In this document: positions 53,094-64,000 of the stretch, in pieces
Position numbering within the stretch: the first letter of the stretch is position 1
Layout of the letters: every line of letters starts with the position of its first letter
Assembly (NCBI RefSeq): GCF_006345805.1
Contig: NC_042997.1
Location: forward strand, 162,006,001 to 162,070,000
Direction of reading: 5' to 3'
Origin: Octopus sinensis
Lineage: Eukaryota
DNA length: 64,000 nucleotides
Notes under the pieces: generated by a model
Databases searched by the model: none
What the model saw: only the letters and a program-made list of their open reading frames with translations
What the model was told of the DNA's origin: nothing
Translations under genes and position numbers: made by a program

Positions 53094-53104
53094 ATATATA
53101 TTAT

Positions 53105-53147
<43 letters not shown>

Positions 53148-53190
53148 TATTATATATATATATATAATATAATATATATATATATATGAT

Positions 53191-53243
<53 letters not shown>

Positions 53244-53257
53244 AATATATATATAAT

Positions 53258-53318
<61 letters not shown>

Positions 53319-53445
53319 TATATAATATATATATAATATATTATATATATATATATATCTATATATATATATATATTAATATATATAATAATTATATATA
53401 ATATATAATATATATATAATAATATATATAATATATATATTATAT

Positions 53446-53491
<46 letters not shown>

Positions 53492-53511
53492 TATAATATA
53501 TAATAATATAT

Positions 53512-53543
<32 letters not shown>

Positions 53544-53676
53544 TATATATATATATATATAAATATATATAATAAATATATATATAATTAATATATATAT
53601 ATTAATATATATATATAATATATATATAAATATATATATATATTATATTATATATAATATGTATATATATATATAT
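49699..53676. repeat. ~4.0 kb (TA)n tract
   Basis: Visible directly. The noisy phase slips suggest long-read error, so the length is uncertain. Confidence 0.9.
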
Positions 53677-53825
53677 GGCGGGCTTCTTTCAGTTTCCGTT
53701 TACTAAATCCACTCAAGTTTTTGGTCGGCCGTAGCCATAGTAGATGACACTAGCCGAAGGTGCCACTTAGTGGGACTGAACTCGGAACTATGTGGTTGGA
53801 AAAGAAACTTCTTAACACACAGACT
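53677..53825 (-). mobile_element. 5' half of the tRNA-SINE (family of 3025-3441), running directly into the 4 kb (TA)n tract
   Basis: Minus strand reads ..GTTCCGAGTTCAGTCCCAC..GGCACCTTCGG..GAAACTGAAAGAAGCCCGCC, then (AT)n. Confidence 0.8.
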
Positions 53826-53896
53826 CGCTATTATTCTTTGTAGATCGAGCGACCACATGGAATATCATCATTAGATTAGATGGAATATCATCATTA

Positions 53897-54056
53897 AGGC
53901 GGCGAGCTGCCAGAATCATTAGCACACCGAGCAAAATGTTTAGCGGCATTTTGTCCGTTTTGAATTCAAATTTCGCCAGAGTCGACTTTGTCTTTCATCC
54001 TTTCGGATTCAATAAAATAAGTACCACTTGAAAACGGGTGTCGATGTAATCGATTT
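53897..54056 (+). mobile_element. tRNA-SINE, second family, 3'-truncated
   Basis: GGCGGCGAGCTGCCAGAATC...GACTTTGTCTTTCATCCTTTCGG..ATAAAATAAGTACC..GTCGATGTAATCGA. Confidence 0.8.
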
Positions 54057-54705
54057 AGTGAAGCTTGGGTACTCAAATCGCTACGATGTTTGGGTACCAC
54101 ATGATCTGAGTGAAAAAGAATCTTTTGTATCGCATTTCTGTCTGTGATTTGCTGTATAAACGCAACCAAAATCCACCCTTTTTGAAACAAATTTTGATGG
54201 GTGATGAGAAATGGATCGTTCACAACAATGTTCAACGAAAAAGATCCTGGGGTAAGCGACACGAGCCACCTTTAGCCACCCCCTGAATAGGTCTTCATCC
54301 TAAGAAAGTCATGCTCGGCTTCTTGTTAGATTGGAAAGAAATCCTGTACTATGAGCTCCTGAGAAATACTGCTTACAACTGGACGATTTAAAAGCAGCAA
54401 TTCAAGAAAAACGCTCAGAATTGGCGAACAGGAAAGGTGTCGTTTTCCATCAAGATAATACCAGAACTCACGTTTCTTTGGTGACCCGTCAAAAATTGTT
54501 GCAGCTTGGCTGGGATGTGTTACAAGATCCGCCGTATTCACCAGACATTTCTCCTTCTAATTTTCATTTATTTAGGCCCTTGCAAAATAATCTCAATGGT
54601 AAAATTTTTAATTCTTTGGAGGATATAAGAAACCAACTTAATGAGTTCTTTGCCAAGAAACACCGAAATTCTGGAAAGATAGAATATTTCTTCGAATTCT
54701 AACAT
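54057..54705 (+). mobile_element. Mariner transposase fragment, mellifera-subfamily-like
   Basis: WVPHDLSEKNL, MGDEKWIVHNNVQRKRSW, LANRKGVVFHQDNTRTHVSLVTRQKLLQLGWDV and PPYSPDISPSNFHLFR. Confidence 0.88.
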
Positions 54706-55284
54706 TGGCATCATGACACAGAAAATTTCTATCGGTCTCCATTTACCAATGTAAGAAGAAAGTAAGGGACTGTAGTAGATTGAATTGAACCTAGTATTTG
54801 ACTATTATTATTTTGTTGACAATAATCGATTCCAGCAGGATATTATCTGATCTTAAAACGTAAGTGTACGAAACTATTGTTAGTTATTTTGTTTGGCTGT
54901 GTAGCATTTACTCCAACACTGTGTAACTATATTTTATATAGGACTATAAAAGAAAGCATTTCTTTTTTTACAGTTCTATATTTAAGAGCAGGGGAATTAT
55001 GTACATTTTTTACATTTTCCCAAGACACCTGATGAAGGCTGGAGGGTATATCAGCCGAAACAAACAAGATGAGGACAAATATCCATCAAATGTAAATAAT
55101 GAACTTTTTTTTTTTTGCTTTCTTTTTTATTGTAAGCGTCTGTGACCACAGCTTTCGCAAAGCCTTCAAGACTACAATGGCTGCAGGAAAACATGCTAGA
55201 AAGGAATACCAGACGGTGACGTTCTAGAAAGGAAATGCTCTGTACAGGGCTTGGAGGAGGGGACACAACATAAATGAAAATAGC

Positions 55285-55545
55285 CTGAGAGGTGAATTGA
55301 GGATGATACGAATCTAGCTAAGACTAAAGGACAAAGGCCAATGAAGTAGTGGTAGAAAAAGCAGACAGAAGACAGTGCGTCTCTGGGCCAGAGGTTTGAA
55401 TTTGTTTGCGAGCGACTTCATGCTAATTAGACGAGTGGCAACAACATCATCCCAGATGTAGACGCAATACTTCATTGTGGATCTTGCAGAGAGACGCCAG
55501 TCTTCAGAATGCTGTCTTTACTCTGTTAAAGGCCGTGTTTGCCAG
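55285..55545 (-). mobile_element. L2/CR1-group LINE C-terminal relic
   Basis: Degenerate ..*SIASTSG../..RDALSSVCFFYHYFIGLCP.., resembling the EYCSH.W...HRR.V.SL.LFY.Y..G.C pattern. Confidence 0.45.
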
Positions 55546-57699
55546 CATGTTAAGCGTTAGCATTTGAATTGATCGTGAGAGTTATGTACTGTTCATGTAT
55601 AAAGGACGATAAATGTTTTCTTAATAGCGACAATTTTGTTTTTCGCTGTTGTTGGAAAGAAAATTGGCATAAAGTCTAGTGGAGATGGTTTACAAGGTAT
55701 GAGTTCATGGAGATAATGCAAATTTATTTAGTATGAGGTGTCTCGGTTGCATACAGATAATGCAAAGATGCAGAATGTTAAGAAGTGATGAAAAGTGATA
55801 TCATCTTCGTACCAACAAGCGTGATTTGAGACGTCAGCAAACAGAACATTAATGTTCTGAAAGAAAGAAGAATATAGAACCGACTGAACCCCGGAGCTCA
55901 GCATACTTGATTTAGACTGTCAGTCAGCGTTTCTTCAGCGCAGGCCATTACATTGCAATTTCATCGAAAATCACAAATCGCAGTTTTGACTGAAGATTCG
56001 CATGCCAGGGAATTAGAAAGCTCACAGACGATTAACTATAGATTAGAATGAAAAAGAAACTTTTTAAAGTCTTATAACGGATACTATTTTAACAAAGAAA
56101 AAACATGTAAAATTAGATTGAGATATTTATTCTGTTATATGAAATATAAAAATTATTTCTACAAAAACAGATGATTTCTGAATTGTCTCCAAAATAGTTT
56201 TTTCTATTGCTTTTTTTCTAAATTCACATTAACTGTCTCATAGTTTTAGCAATACTAAAATAACAAGATTGGCTTTCTTGCGTAGTTACGCACGATCCTA
56301 CTAACCTCACCAAAGATATATGAAGTTACAAACTTTCTAAGATTTTCATCCAAGAAACAGGAAGTGGTACTGTAAAGAATTTTATGTCTCGCCTGTTGCC
56401 AAGTTACTAGTCTGTGTAGTAACCTTTTTGTTATTAATACCTAAGTATTTTTATTATTTTTAAACTCTTGTAGTGTAGTAAATATGGATGAGACAGAGAA
56501 CTGGAATTGGTGTATTTCAATGTCTATTTTTTGTTCCGCTGTTTTGGTGTCGACTTTGAATGTCATTCTTCCAAGATCAATAAAGTAGTGACATAACAAA
56601 ACGTATAGATTGTAGAGTAAAGGTGGTTTCCTGCTAACCATATCTGCAATTTATTTGCTAATTCTAGCTGTCGCTATTTTGGTTTCCAAAAGGCACCAGC
56701 TGAGAATGTAATTAACTATAAAGCCTAACTATAAATATTGACAGAAAATATATATAACTATAAATATTGACAGCTATTACTTTCAAAGTAAATATTTTCA
56801 ATGTTATGTTTCCTGCTTGTTTTTAAATTTAATTCATTAATAACATTATCAGCATAGATTCTCTTCATGTTTTAATGAAAGAAGGAAGGGCAATTCATGG
56901 TATTTTTACAAGGCCTCTGAGATTAGTTGAATAAAAGAAGTTATCTTCGGATTGAAAGTAGCCACGGGTCAGATGATGATATTAAACCGGAGAACGAATT
57001 AGGTCATCCACCCAACGTTTAAACTTTAAAAAAAAACGTCTTTTAATGAGACTTCCAGAACCAAGTAACATTCAATAGAGACAAAATACAAATATTCCCT
57101 GCTTTAAGGAAAATAACTGTGTCGCTGTTCATTTGTGAATATCTTCTGGTTCCATGAAACATACACGCTTTATATGTAAATACTATCTCTAATGAGATTT
57201 CCTGAAAATTCTATATATTCAACACATTTAAACGAAGGCAAATATGATACAACCATACGTATTAAATGTTCTTGACCTCTGGTAAGAAATGGAGGTGGCG
57301 TAGTAGCCGAGAGTAAGCAACGTATTTCATACTTAAATATCTTATAAAGGAGCAATTTTTCTTTTTTAAAGATTATTAATATAATAAAAATATTGAACTT
57401 CATGGTACCAGAACAAGCAACAAGCATACAAACTCAATGCATTACAACTTATAACATGGATTTATATCATAATATCACACTACAGCACACTACACAGACC
57501 AACAAAGAAACCTCTGCGTACTCTTTTGGCCTGCGAGAAATAGCAACTAATATTGCCTCCAGAGTGTTTACCGTTTTACAAAATCAAACTAGAAAACTGG
57601 ACAAAACAGAGAATACTATTGAGAAGATTAAAAGGTGGCGGGGTGAGAAAAAGAGAAAAATGGAGTAAAAAATTTAACAATTCACCACCTTGGATTGAA

Positions 57700-60280
57700 A
57701 AGTTGTGGGCACTGGGAAAACTTTCTAATTGCTATTGAGACACGCCAGTACGCTTGCAGCGTTGCTGCGGGTGATAGCGAGGCTGATGCGCTGGAACAGC
57801 CAAGCACCCTCACGAGCCTCACTGCCTATCTCTGCAAGGCAAGTTGCCAGTGAAGACAGGAATTTTGCAGTTAGTAGTCCGACCCCACCATACGTCTCGA
57901 AAGCCACAGAATGGAAAATGTAGTTGGCCAACAAATAGCGGTATTTCAGGATTTTGTTCCACTCGGCCGCAGAAGATGTGGATCTCGCCCTGACCGCAGC
58001 ATCCAGGATGTAAGAAGTAAAGAAGTCGCTAACTGTGACATCCCAGACAAGGCATCTGTCTTGCGACCAAGGGTACAGGCTGAGGCCGTCAGGTCTCTTC
58101 CCGTCATATCTGGGCAATCATGATGGTTCCAAGATGGAGGGGATGTTTGCCCGGGCGAAGCTCTTCTTGAGTATCAGGTTCAACTCCGTATGCCGCGCGA
58201 AGTGACCAGCATTCAGGCGGCAAGAAAGGCCATGGAGGCCTGTGGAGTCGAGGAGCCTGCGACAACGACAGCTCTAACCCGTACATAAGTCAGCTTCCAC
58301 TCTGAGGGCAATGGAGACACGAAGTTCATCCAAGCTGAGTAGGCCACCAACATTAGCCACAGGGATGGCATCAATCCAGTCACTTGAGTATTTGGCGTTA
58401 GCAGACAGTAAGCGGCACCTTGAAAACTGGTCCGACTGGATGAAAAGGGAGTCGAAGGTGGCCTTCAAAATTATGTTGTCCAATGCTCTCTGACTCTGAC
58501 AGTCCTCCGCCTTCTTATGAGCAGACAAACCCAATTCCCTCCAGTGTTGGAGAGCTTAATCCAACACTCTGTTGGAACTGGTCCATGTTGAAGAGAAGAG
58601 GATGTTGCTCATCAGGGTAAAACAGGTGTGGTTGGAGGAAAGGAAACAGGGGAGAGAGAGGGATGAACACTTACGAAGATCAAGACCTCCAAATCGCTTT
58701 GACAATGCAGCCTGATCGTGGGGCGTTGGAGAGAGTTTGACAGTGACTAAGCATTCGAGTTTCTCAAAGATTAGGTTGTCGAAGCGCTGGAGGCACGATG
58801 GGAAGCGGTAAGATGAGCTGACTCTGAGTAAATAAAGAAGCTTAGGGATCGAGAAGTAATTCCTAAGTATGAAAAAACCTTGATGGGATTCGATAGTTTC
58901 AGTATTTTCCAGCAAATGCTCAAGGGCAGCCACCTTCGACTAGAAGATGGACTCAAAGGCAAGGTCAGTGATTGGGGCACCTACAGAGCACCAAGCCGAT
59001 GGTGGGGGACTGTAATAGAAGGGAAGGACTCTGCAAAAAGGTCAATAGATGGTTGATGTTGAGAAGCCGGGTGGTTAAGAATTCAGAGCTTACATTTGGA
59101 GCTGTTTACTTGAAGACCCCGGTGATCTAGATCCCCAAACATCATGTTAGCAATGGCAAGAACCCTGTTCGGAGGTCCCCCCAGACAAGCATCGTCGAGA
59201 TACCAGACGTTGAGCTCTAGCTCGACGCCCATCTTGGAGATGTCATCAATGCTCAGTGCGAACAGAACGGGCCCGAGTGTGTCACCCTGTTGAACTCCTG
59301 AAGCGGAAGTGATGATTTGGTTACCGAAAGAGAGTCAGGAGGGCTTCCGATAAACCTGCAAGGCGGTAGAGTTGTGGGACCTTCTCTCTTACTGAGCTGA
59401 GAACAGCGTCGCGGCTGATGGAGTTGAAGGCATTCCTAAGGTCAAGTTTGAGGATGACCTTGAGTGACAAGGAGGGCAAGTTGGCATAGGCTCTGGTAGC
59501 GTGGGCGGCAGCTTCACATCCTAATTTGGTGCCCACTCCTAGGTGGGTGGGGGAAAATCACTCCTCCAATAAGCTAGAGACCGATTGTAAGCACACCTTT
59601 GCAGTGAAACAGCGAAGAGTGCAGCCGACCGCAATGGAGCACAGGTTTCTATTGGGTTTGGTGAGCCCAAATGATTTTGCACCAAAGAATAGTGGGCGGA
59701 TATAAGGGAGGACGTTCGCTGAAGAGAAGTGGTTCACAAACTGAGTCAAATTCTCCAAGAGCTCAAGTCCGGCGTTACCAGCCGATAAGAAGATACCATC
59801 CTTGAGGTGTTGAGGTCGAAGGCCATCAATTCCCGCACCTGAACCAGCAGAGAAGGATGAAATCGCCTTTCTGATGTTATCAGAGGTGAAGACCGATTTC
59901 AAGTATTCTGGGGGATCGGGCAGTTTAGTTGATTATCGGGGGTGCCAGTGGGTGCTTCTCTTTCAAACGTCTAAGAGACTCAGAGTTACACGGAGCGAGG
60001 GAGTGTAGAGAAGAGAGGAGATGGACAGCCCCTTTTATGTCGAATTCGCTGAATTCGCTTATGGTTTATCGGTTGCCTGTCGGTAGGCACCCTGCTCGAT
60101 GTCAAATTGAGGTTAGAAGTGGTCGGGGTGGACACAAATAGATGGAACTGTCGCTTGAGAGAGGGTGTAAGGGAGCCCGATTTCACATCGTGCACGTAGA
60201 GAGAGATGCGGGTGAACAGAAACAGTTTCTGCCAGTCGGACGCATTAACGGGCAGCTCGATGTTTCTTTATTACTCATAC
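57700..60280 (-). mobile_element. CRE-clade non-LTR retrotransposon (RT plus restriction-like endonuclease), frameshifted and 5'-truncated
   Basis: SGAGIDGLRPQHLKD, IAVGCTLR, GCEAAAHATRAY, LKLDLRNAFNSISRD, GVQQGD.LGP.LF and WYLDD (RT). RPDGLSLYPW..CLVWDVTV..FETYG..FQRISLAITRSNA (RLE end typical of CRE). Confidence 0.85.
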
Positions 60281-60399
60281 CTTTTTTTTTTTTTTTCATT
60301 GACTCTTAGTGTAAAAAAATATTATTGATTTAGATAGTGTCATGATCCACTAGGAAATATAGTTTCGGAAATGGAAATGCTGTTATTATATCTTTGTAT

Positions 60400-60727
60400 T
60401 TTTTATCTTTTACACCATTCAGTCAGTGGCCAGCACCTTGAAACGTTTAGTCGAACAAATCGACCGATGTATTTACTCTATCGGTCGTTTTTGCTGAATC
60501 GCTAAGTTACAGGTACGTAATTAAACCAACATCGGTTCTTGAACGGTGGTGGGGGACAAGCGCAACAAAAACGCACATACAGATATATATTTTTTCAGTT
60601 TCCGTCTATCAAATGCTCTTTGTTCCGCCATGGACCTTACTAAAAGACATTTACCTAGGGTGATGCACGGTGGAACTGGACCCAAGATCACATGGTTCGG
60701 AAGTAAGCTTCTCAACCACACAGCCAA
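60400..60727 (-). mobile_element. tRNA-derived SINE (family of 3025-3441)
   Basis: Minus head TGGCTGTGTGGTTGAGAAG..GGGTCCAGTTCC, with core and tail as in the other copies. Confidence 0.8.
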
Positions 60728-60840
60728 TTGTGCAAAAACAATTTCTTTCTTACGAATTTTATGATGTATTATTTTGCAAATACAGCTATTGTAGCCAGGT
60801 GTGTAAAGAAAAATAATTTTTTAAAAACTGAGACCTTGAT

Positions 60841-60910
<70 letters not shown>

Positions 60911-61011
60911 CACACACACACACATACATACATACATACATACATACATACATACATACATACATACATACATACATACATACATACATACATACATACA
61001 TACATACATAC
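60841..61011. repeat. Compound (CA)n-(CATA)n microsatellite
   Basis: Visible directly. Confidence 0.95.
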
Positions 61012-61992
61012 AATCAAAGTACATTCAATACGTACAATTGTGATATATTTACCTAAAGCAGTATTAACTATATTTAATTTCTTATACACATTTTTCAGGT
61101 TATAATTTTGTTCATAAAATGCCAAAGCCATATCATTCACCTGAATCCAATAATTATAACTATTTACCATTGTTTAGCAAAACGGCTAGGAATGTAAGGT
61201 TTAAAATAAGCACGACAGAGAAAATTAACACAAAATTAATATTTGAATGTTGATTTAAAAAGAGTTTTGTTTTTTTTTGTTTTTTTCCTAGCAAAATGTT
61301 TGGTACAGGCTGTTTAAAGTAGTGTAAGTGAGACGATGCGGGCAGATTTCTGTGGGATCTTCGATAGATAGTAGATTTTATGACTCCAGGGCTAGCGAGA
61401 GAAATATAGCAAGCCAGAATAAAACCATTTTTAGTACCTCGGAACATTTATCGAATTTTAATAGCTTTTACTTCTTCCACGGCAAAAATGTTTAGAAACC
61501 AAACCTTGTGATGAGAAACCTTCTAACATTCCAGACACAATCATCCCATTTGCAGATATTTCTGACTCACAACATAATTGATATTCCAAACCTGAAATTC
61601 ACACAGCCTTATCGGAGTTGGGAGTGGCGAAAGTGTCTGCTTAGAATATTTTCTTAAATATTTTCGTGAAAGATAGAATGAATTAGAGTTGAGTGTAACA
61701 AACATTAACATCTAATTCAACAGTTCATTATTAACTTTCACTGACCAGTTTACCGTCCCCGTTTCAATACAATCTCAGTTAAAACACGTCTTTCACTTGC
61801 ATTTCTCCTTCTTTATTACTTTCAGGAGTGTCTTATGCAGTCTCACTCAAGCGCGTACTCTTTCACTCGTTCACATACATACGCTGACATGTACACGCAC
61901 ACAATTAGACACTTTTATACGTACATTTGTATGTGTACGTGTATGTATACGTTTGTGTGTGTGTGCATGCGTGCGTGCGCGTGTGTGTGTGT

Positions 61993-62053
<61 letters not shown>

Positions 62054-62299
62054 CACACATCGTATATAGGCGCATGTTTTACTTGCTCGGGTGGGAGGAC
62101 GAGAGAATGTCCATTACTTTGGAAAGTATTTATATGCTTGTGTATTTTTAAGATAATACCTGTGAGAAAAACATGAGTTATACCGGAATTCCAGAAAAAC
62201 GATATTCTGGAAATTAAGGCTGGATGCAGTAATTAGTTTGGAGTTTGGGGAGGGGTAGACATATCAGCGGTGATGAGAGGAGGGGAGGGGAGGGGGTCG

Positions 62300-62557
62300 G
62301 GAATGCGAGAGGAGCATGAGCCCAACCACCTTCATGAATTTGAGATCATTATAGTAGCGGTAGAAAAGACAGAGAGAGGAGACAGCACGCTTGAAGGTCA
62401 GAAAATTGAACGTGTTTATGAGTGATTTTATATAAATCAGTTGGACCATCCTATTCTGTATGCTGTATAGGATGTCTCTTTGGGCAGCGACAGCAATGTC
62501 TCGGATGTGACAAAAATACTGCATTGAGAGTTTCGGCAAAGCTTTATAGGGTGCCAA
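62300..62557 (-). mobile_element. L2/CR1-group LINE C-terminal relic
   Basis: YKA..KLSMQYFCHI..IQNRMVQLI..KRAVSSLCLFYRYYN. Confidence 0.7.
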
Positions 62558-62568
62558 AAATTAGCATA

Positions 62569-63853
62569 TCAGGTCATTATGAATGAAATGTCCGATTTTG
62601 AACTGAAAGTTTATTTTACTTTTTCTCAGCAAAAAGCAATGCAGTTAATCAAAGTATGCACCTAAATTATCAACACAATTTTGCCATTTTATCGGTAGCT
62701 TATTTATGCCGGCTGCGAAGAATTCTAGAGGGCAAGAGCTGATGAAATCACGAAAGGCTGTTTTTGCATCTTCTTCAGATTTGAAGTTTTTTTTTTTTCC
62801 TTGCTAAAAGTTGTCTAATGCCTGAAAAACGTGATAACCGGTTGGTACAAGGTCTGGTGAATATGGTGAATGACAGAATACTTCCATGTTCAGTTCCTGT
62901 AACTTGAATAGCGTTCTTTGTGCAACATGTGGTCGAGCATTGCCTTGCAAGAGAACTAGCCTGTCTCTATTCACCAATCTCGGTTGTTTAATTGCAAGTT
63001 CACTCATCAATTCATCCAGTTGGTTGGTGTATACTTCCGCTGTAATTGACTTACCCAGTCTCATGAAGCTACAGTGGATGGCACCAGCGCTGTACCACAA
63101 AACGGACACCATTAGCTTTTTTTTTTTTTGGTGAATATTCTTTGTTGGATTGTGTTTTGGCACTTCGTCTCTATCCAACTACCGTGAAGAACGCTTGCTA
63201 TTGTAGAAAAGAATCCATTTTTTATCACAAGTAACAATATGATGCTTTTATGCCGTCACAGCAAAGAACAGCAAGTTTCAAGACGACATATCATTTAATG
63301 CTCGTTCAGCTTGTGTGGTACCCACTTGTCCAACTTTTTTACCTTGTCGATTTGTTCCAGATGATCTAATACAGCTGGAATCGAAACATCAAACCTTGCT
63401 GCAAACTCACGCATAGTTTGAGATGTATCCGCTTCCACTACTGTTTCCAGCTCATCATTATCCACCTTGGTCTCAGGTCTACCACGGGGTTGATTTTCAA
63501 GACCTAAAGTCACCAGACCAGAAATTCTCAAACCATCCACGTACAGTGCACTCATTCACCACATCTCCACCAAACATTTCGTTGATGTTTCGAGCTGTCT
63601 GGGATGCATTGGTTCCACGACGGAACTCATATTCATAAACAGTACGAATGTTTGGTATGCCTATGGGTTCACAAAAATTGATTTACAAGAGAAAATTCAC
63701 AATATAATCAGACACCATGAATCGCATCTCGAAAAGCGATGATATAACTTTTCAGTGTTGTAAAACAAAGAATTGTCAGGATAAAACATTAGAGTTAACG
63801 GCTGTCACACTTAGTACATAAGAATATTGGACATTTCCTTCTTAATGACCTGA
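62569..63853 (-). mobile_element. Full-length dead mariner, cecropia-subfamily-like, 1285 bp
   Basis: TA flanks at 62567-68 and 63854-55. TIRs are TCAGGTCATTATGAATGAAATGTCC and rc TCAGGTCATTAAGAAGGAAATGTCC. Motifs include YEFRRGTNA, RGRP..VDNDEL, KVKKLDKWVPH, NARPH and PYSPDL. Confidence 0.93.
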
Positions 63854-64000
63854 TAGAATGGTGTGCTTTCTGGCTTTGAGGAGAAAGGTCAGTCGCTGGG
63901 ATCTGGCACTAGCAATGTTAAGAATGTACTTTCGCTAAGGAGAGACCCTCTGTGACATATTTTGATCGAATATGAGGACTCAAAGCTGCTCATGATTAAT

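Noticed and set aside
56915-57025. Coding-looking stretch (YLRIESSHGSDDDIKPENEL) containing an ATGATGA C-box-like motif
   Set aside because: There are no good splice sites, a stop follows soon after, and there is no matching D box (CTGA) or terminal stem.

Overview
AT-rich, microsatellite-dense animal genomic DNA. It is most likely an octopus, inferred from the tRNA-SINE, RTE-tail and Helitron families present. There are no prokaryotic features. Only one convincing host exon is visible: an Ig I-set domain on the minus strand (7220-6934). It lies in a visibly CpG-depleted ~28 kb segment that ends at a candidate minus-strand core promoter near 28.34 kb. The rest is transposon-derived: three full-length dead mariners plus a fourth fragment, a pogo fragment, HERO, CRE, RTE, Penelope-like and L2/CR1 relics, several SINE families, MITEs and a compound Helitron. 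The most striking structure is a 16.8 kb nest (36876-53676) in which five CR1-group LINE copies from three families each sit with both ends in (TA)n tracts. One copy appears 5'-complete. It has a DPE-like motif at +28, a 14-monomer 5'UTR array and an ORF1 combining a Myb/SANT-like region with a CCCH finger. All three LINE families and the local SINE share a covarying 3' hairpin. Other notable structures are a three-layer nested foldback element with TSDs, a 1.2 kb duplication with a visible recombinant junction, and a templated copy of a dead mariner fragment 19 kb from its source. Many single-base indels in the repeats look like long-read error, so reading frames and tract lengths are uncertain. 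All family assignments come from motif recognition, not database searches.
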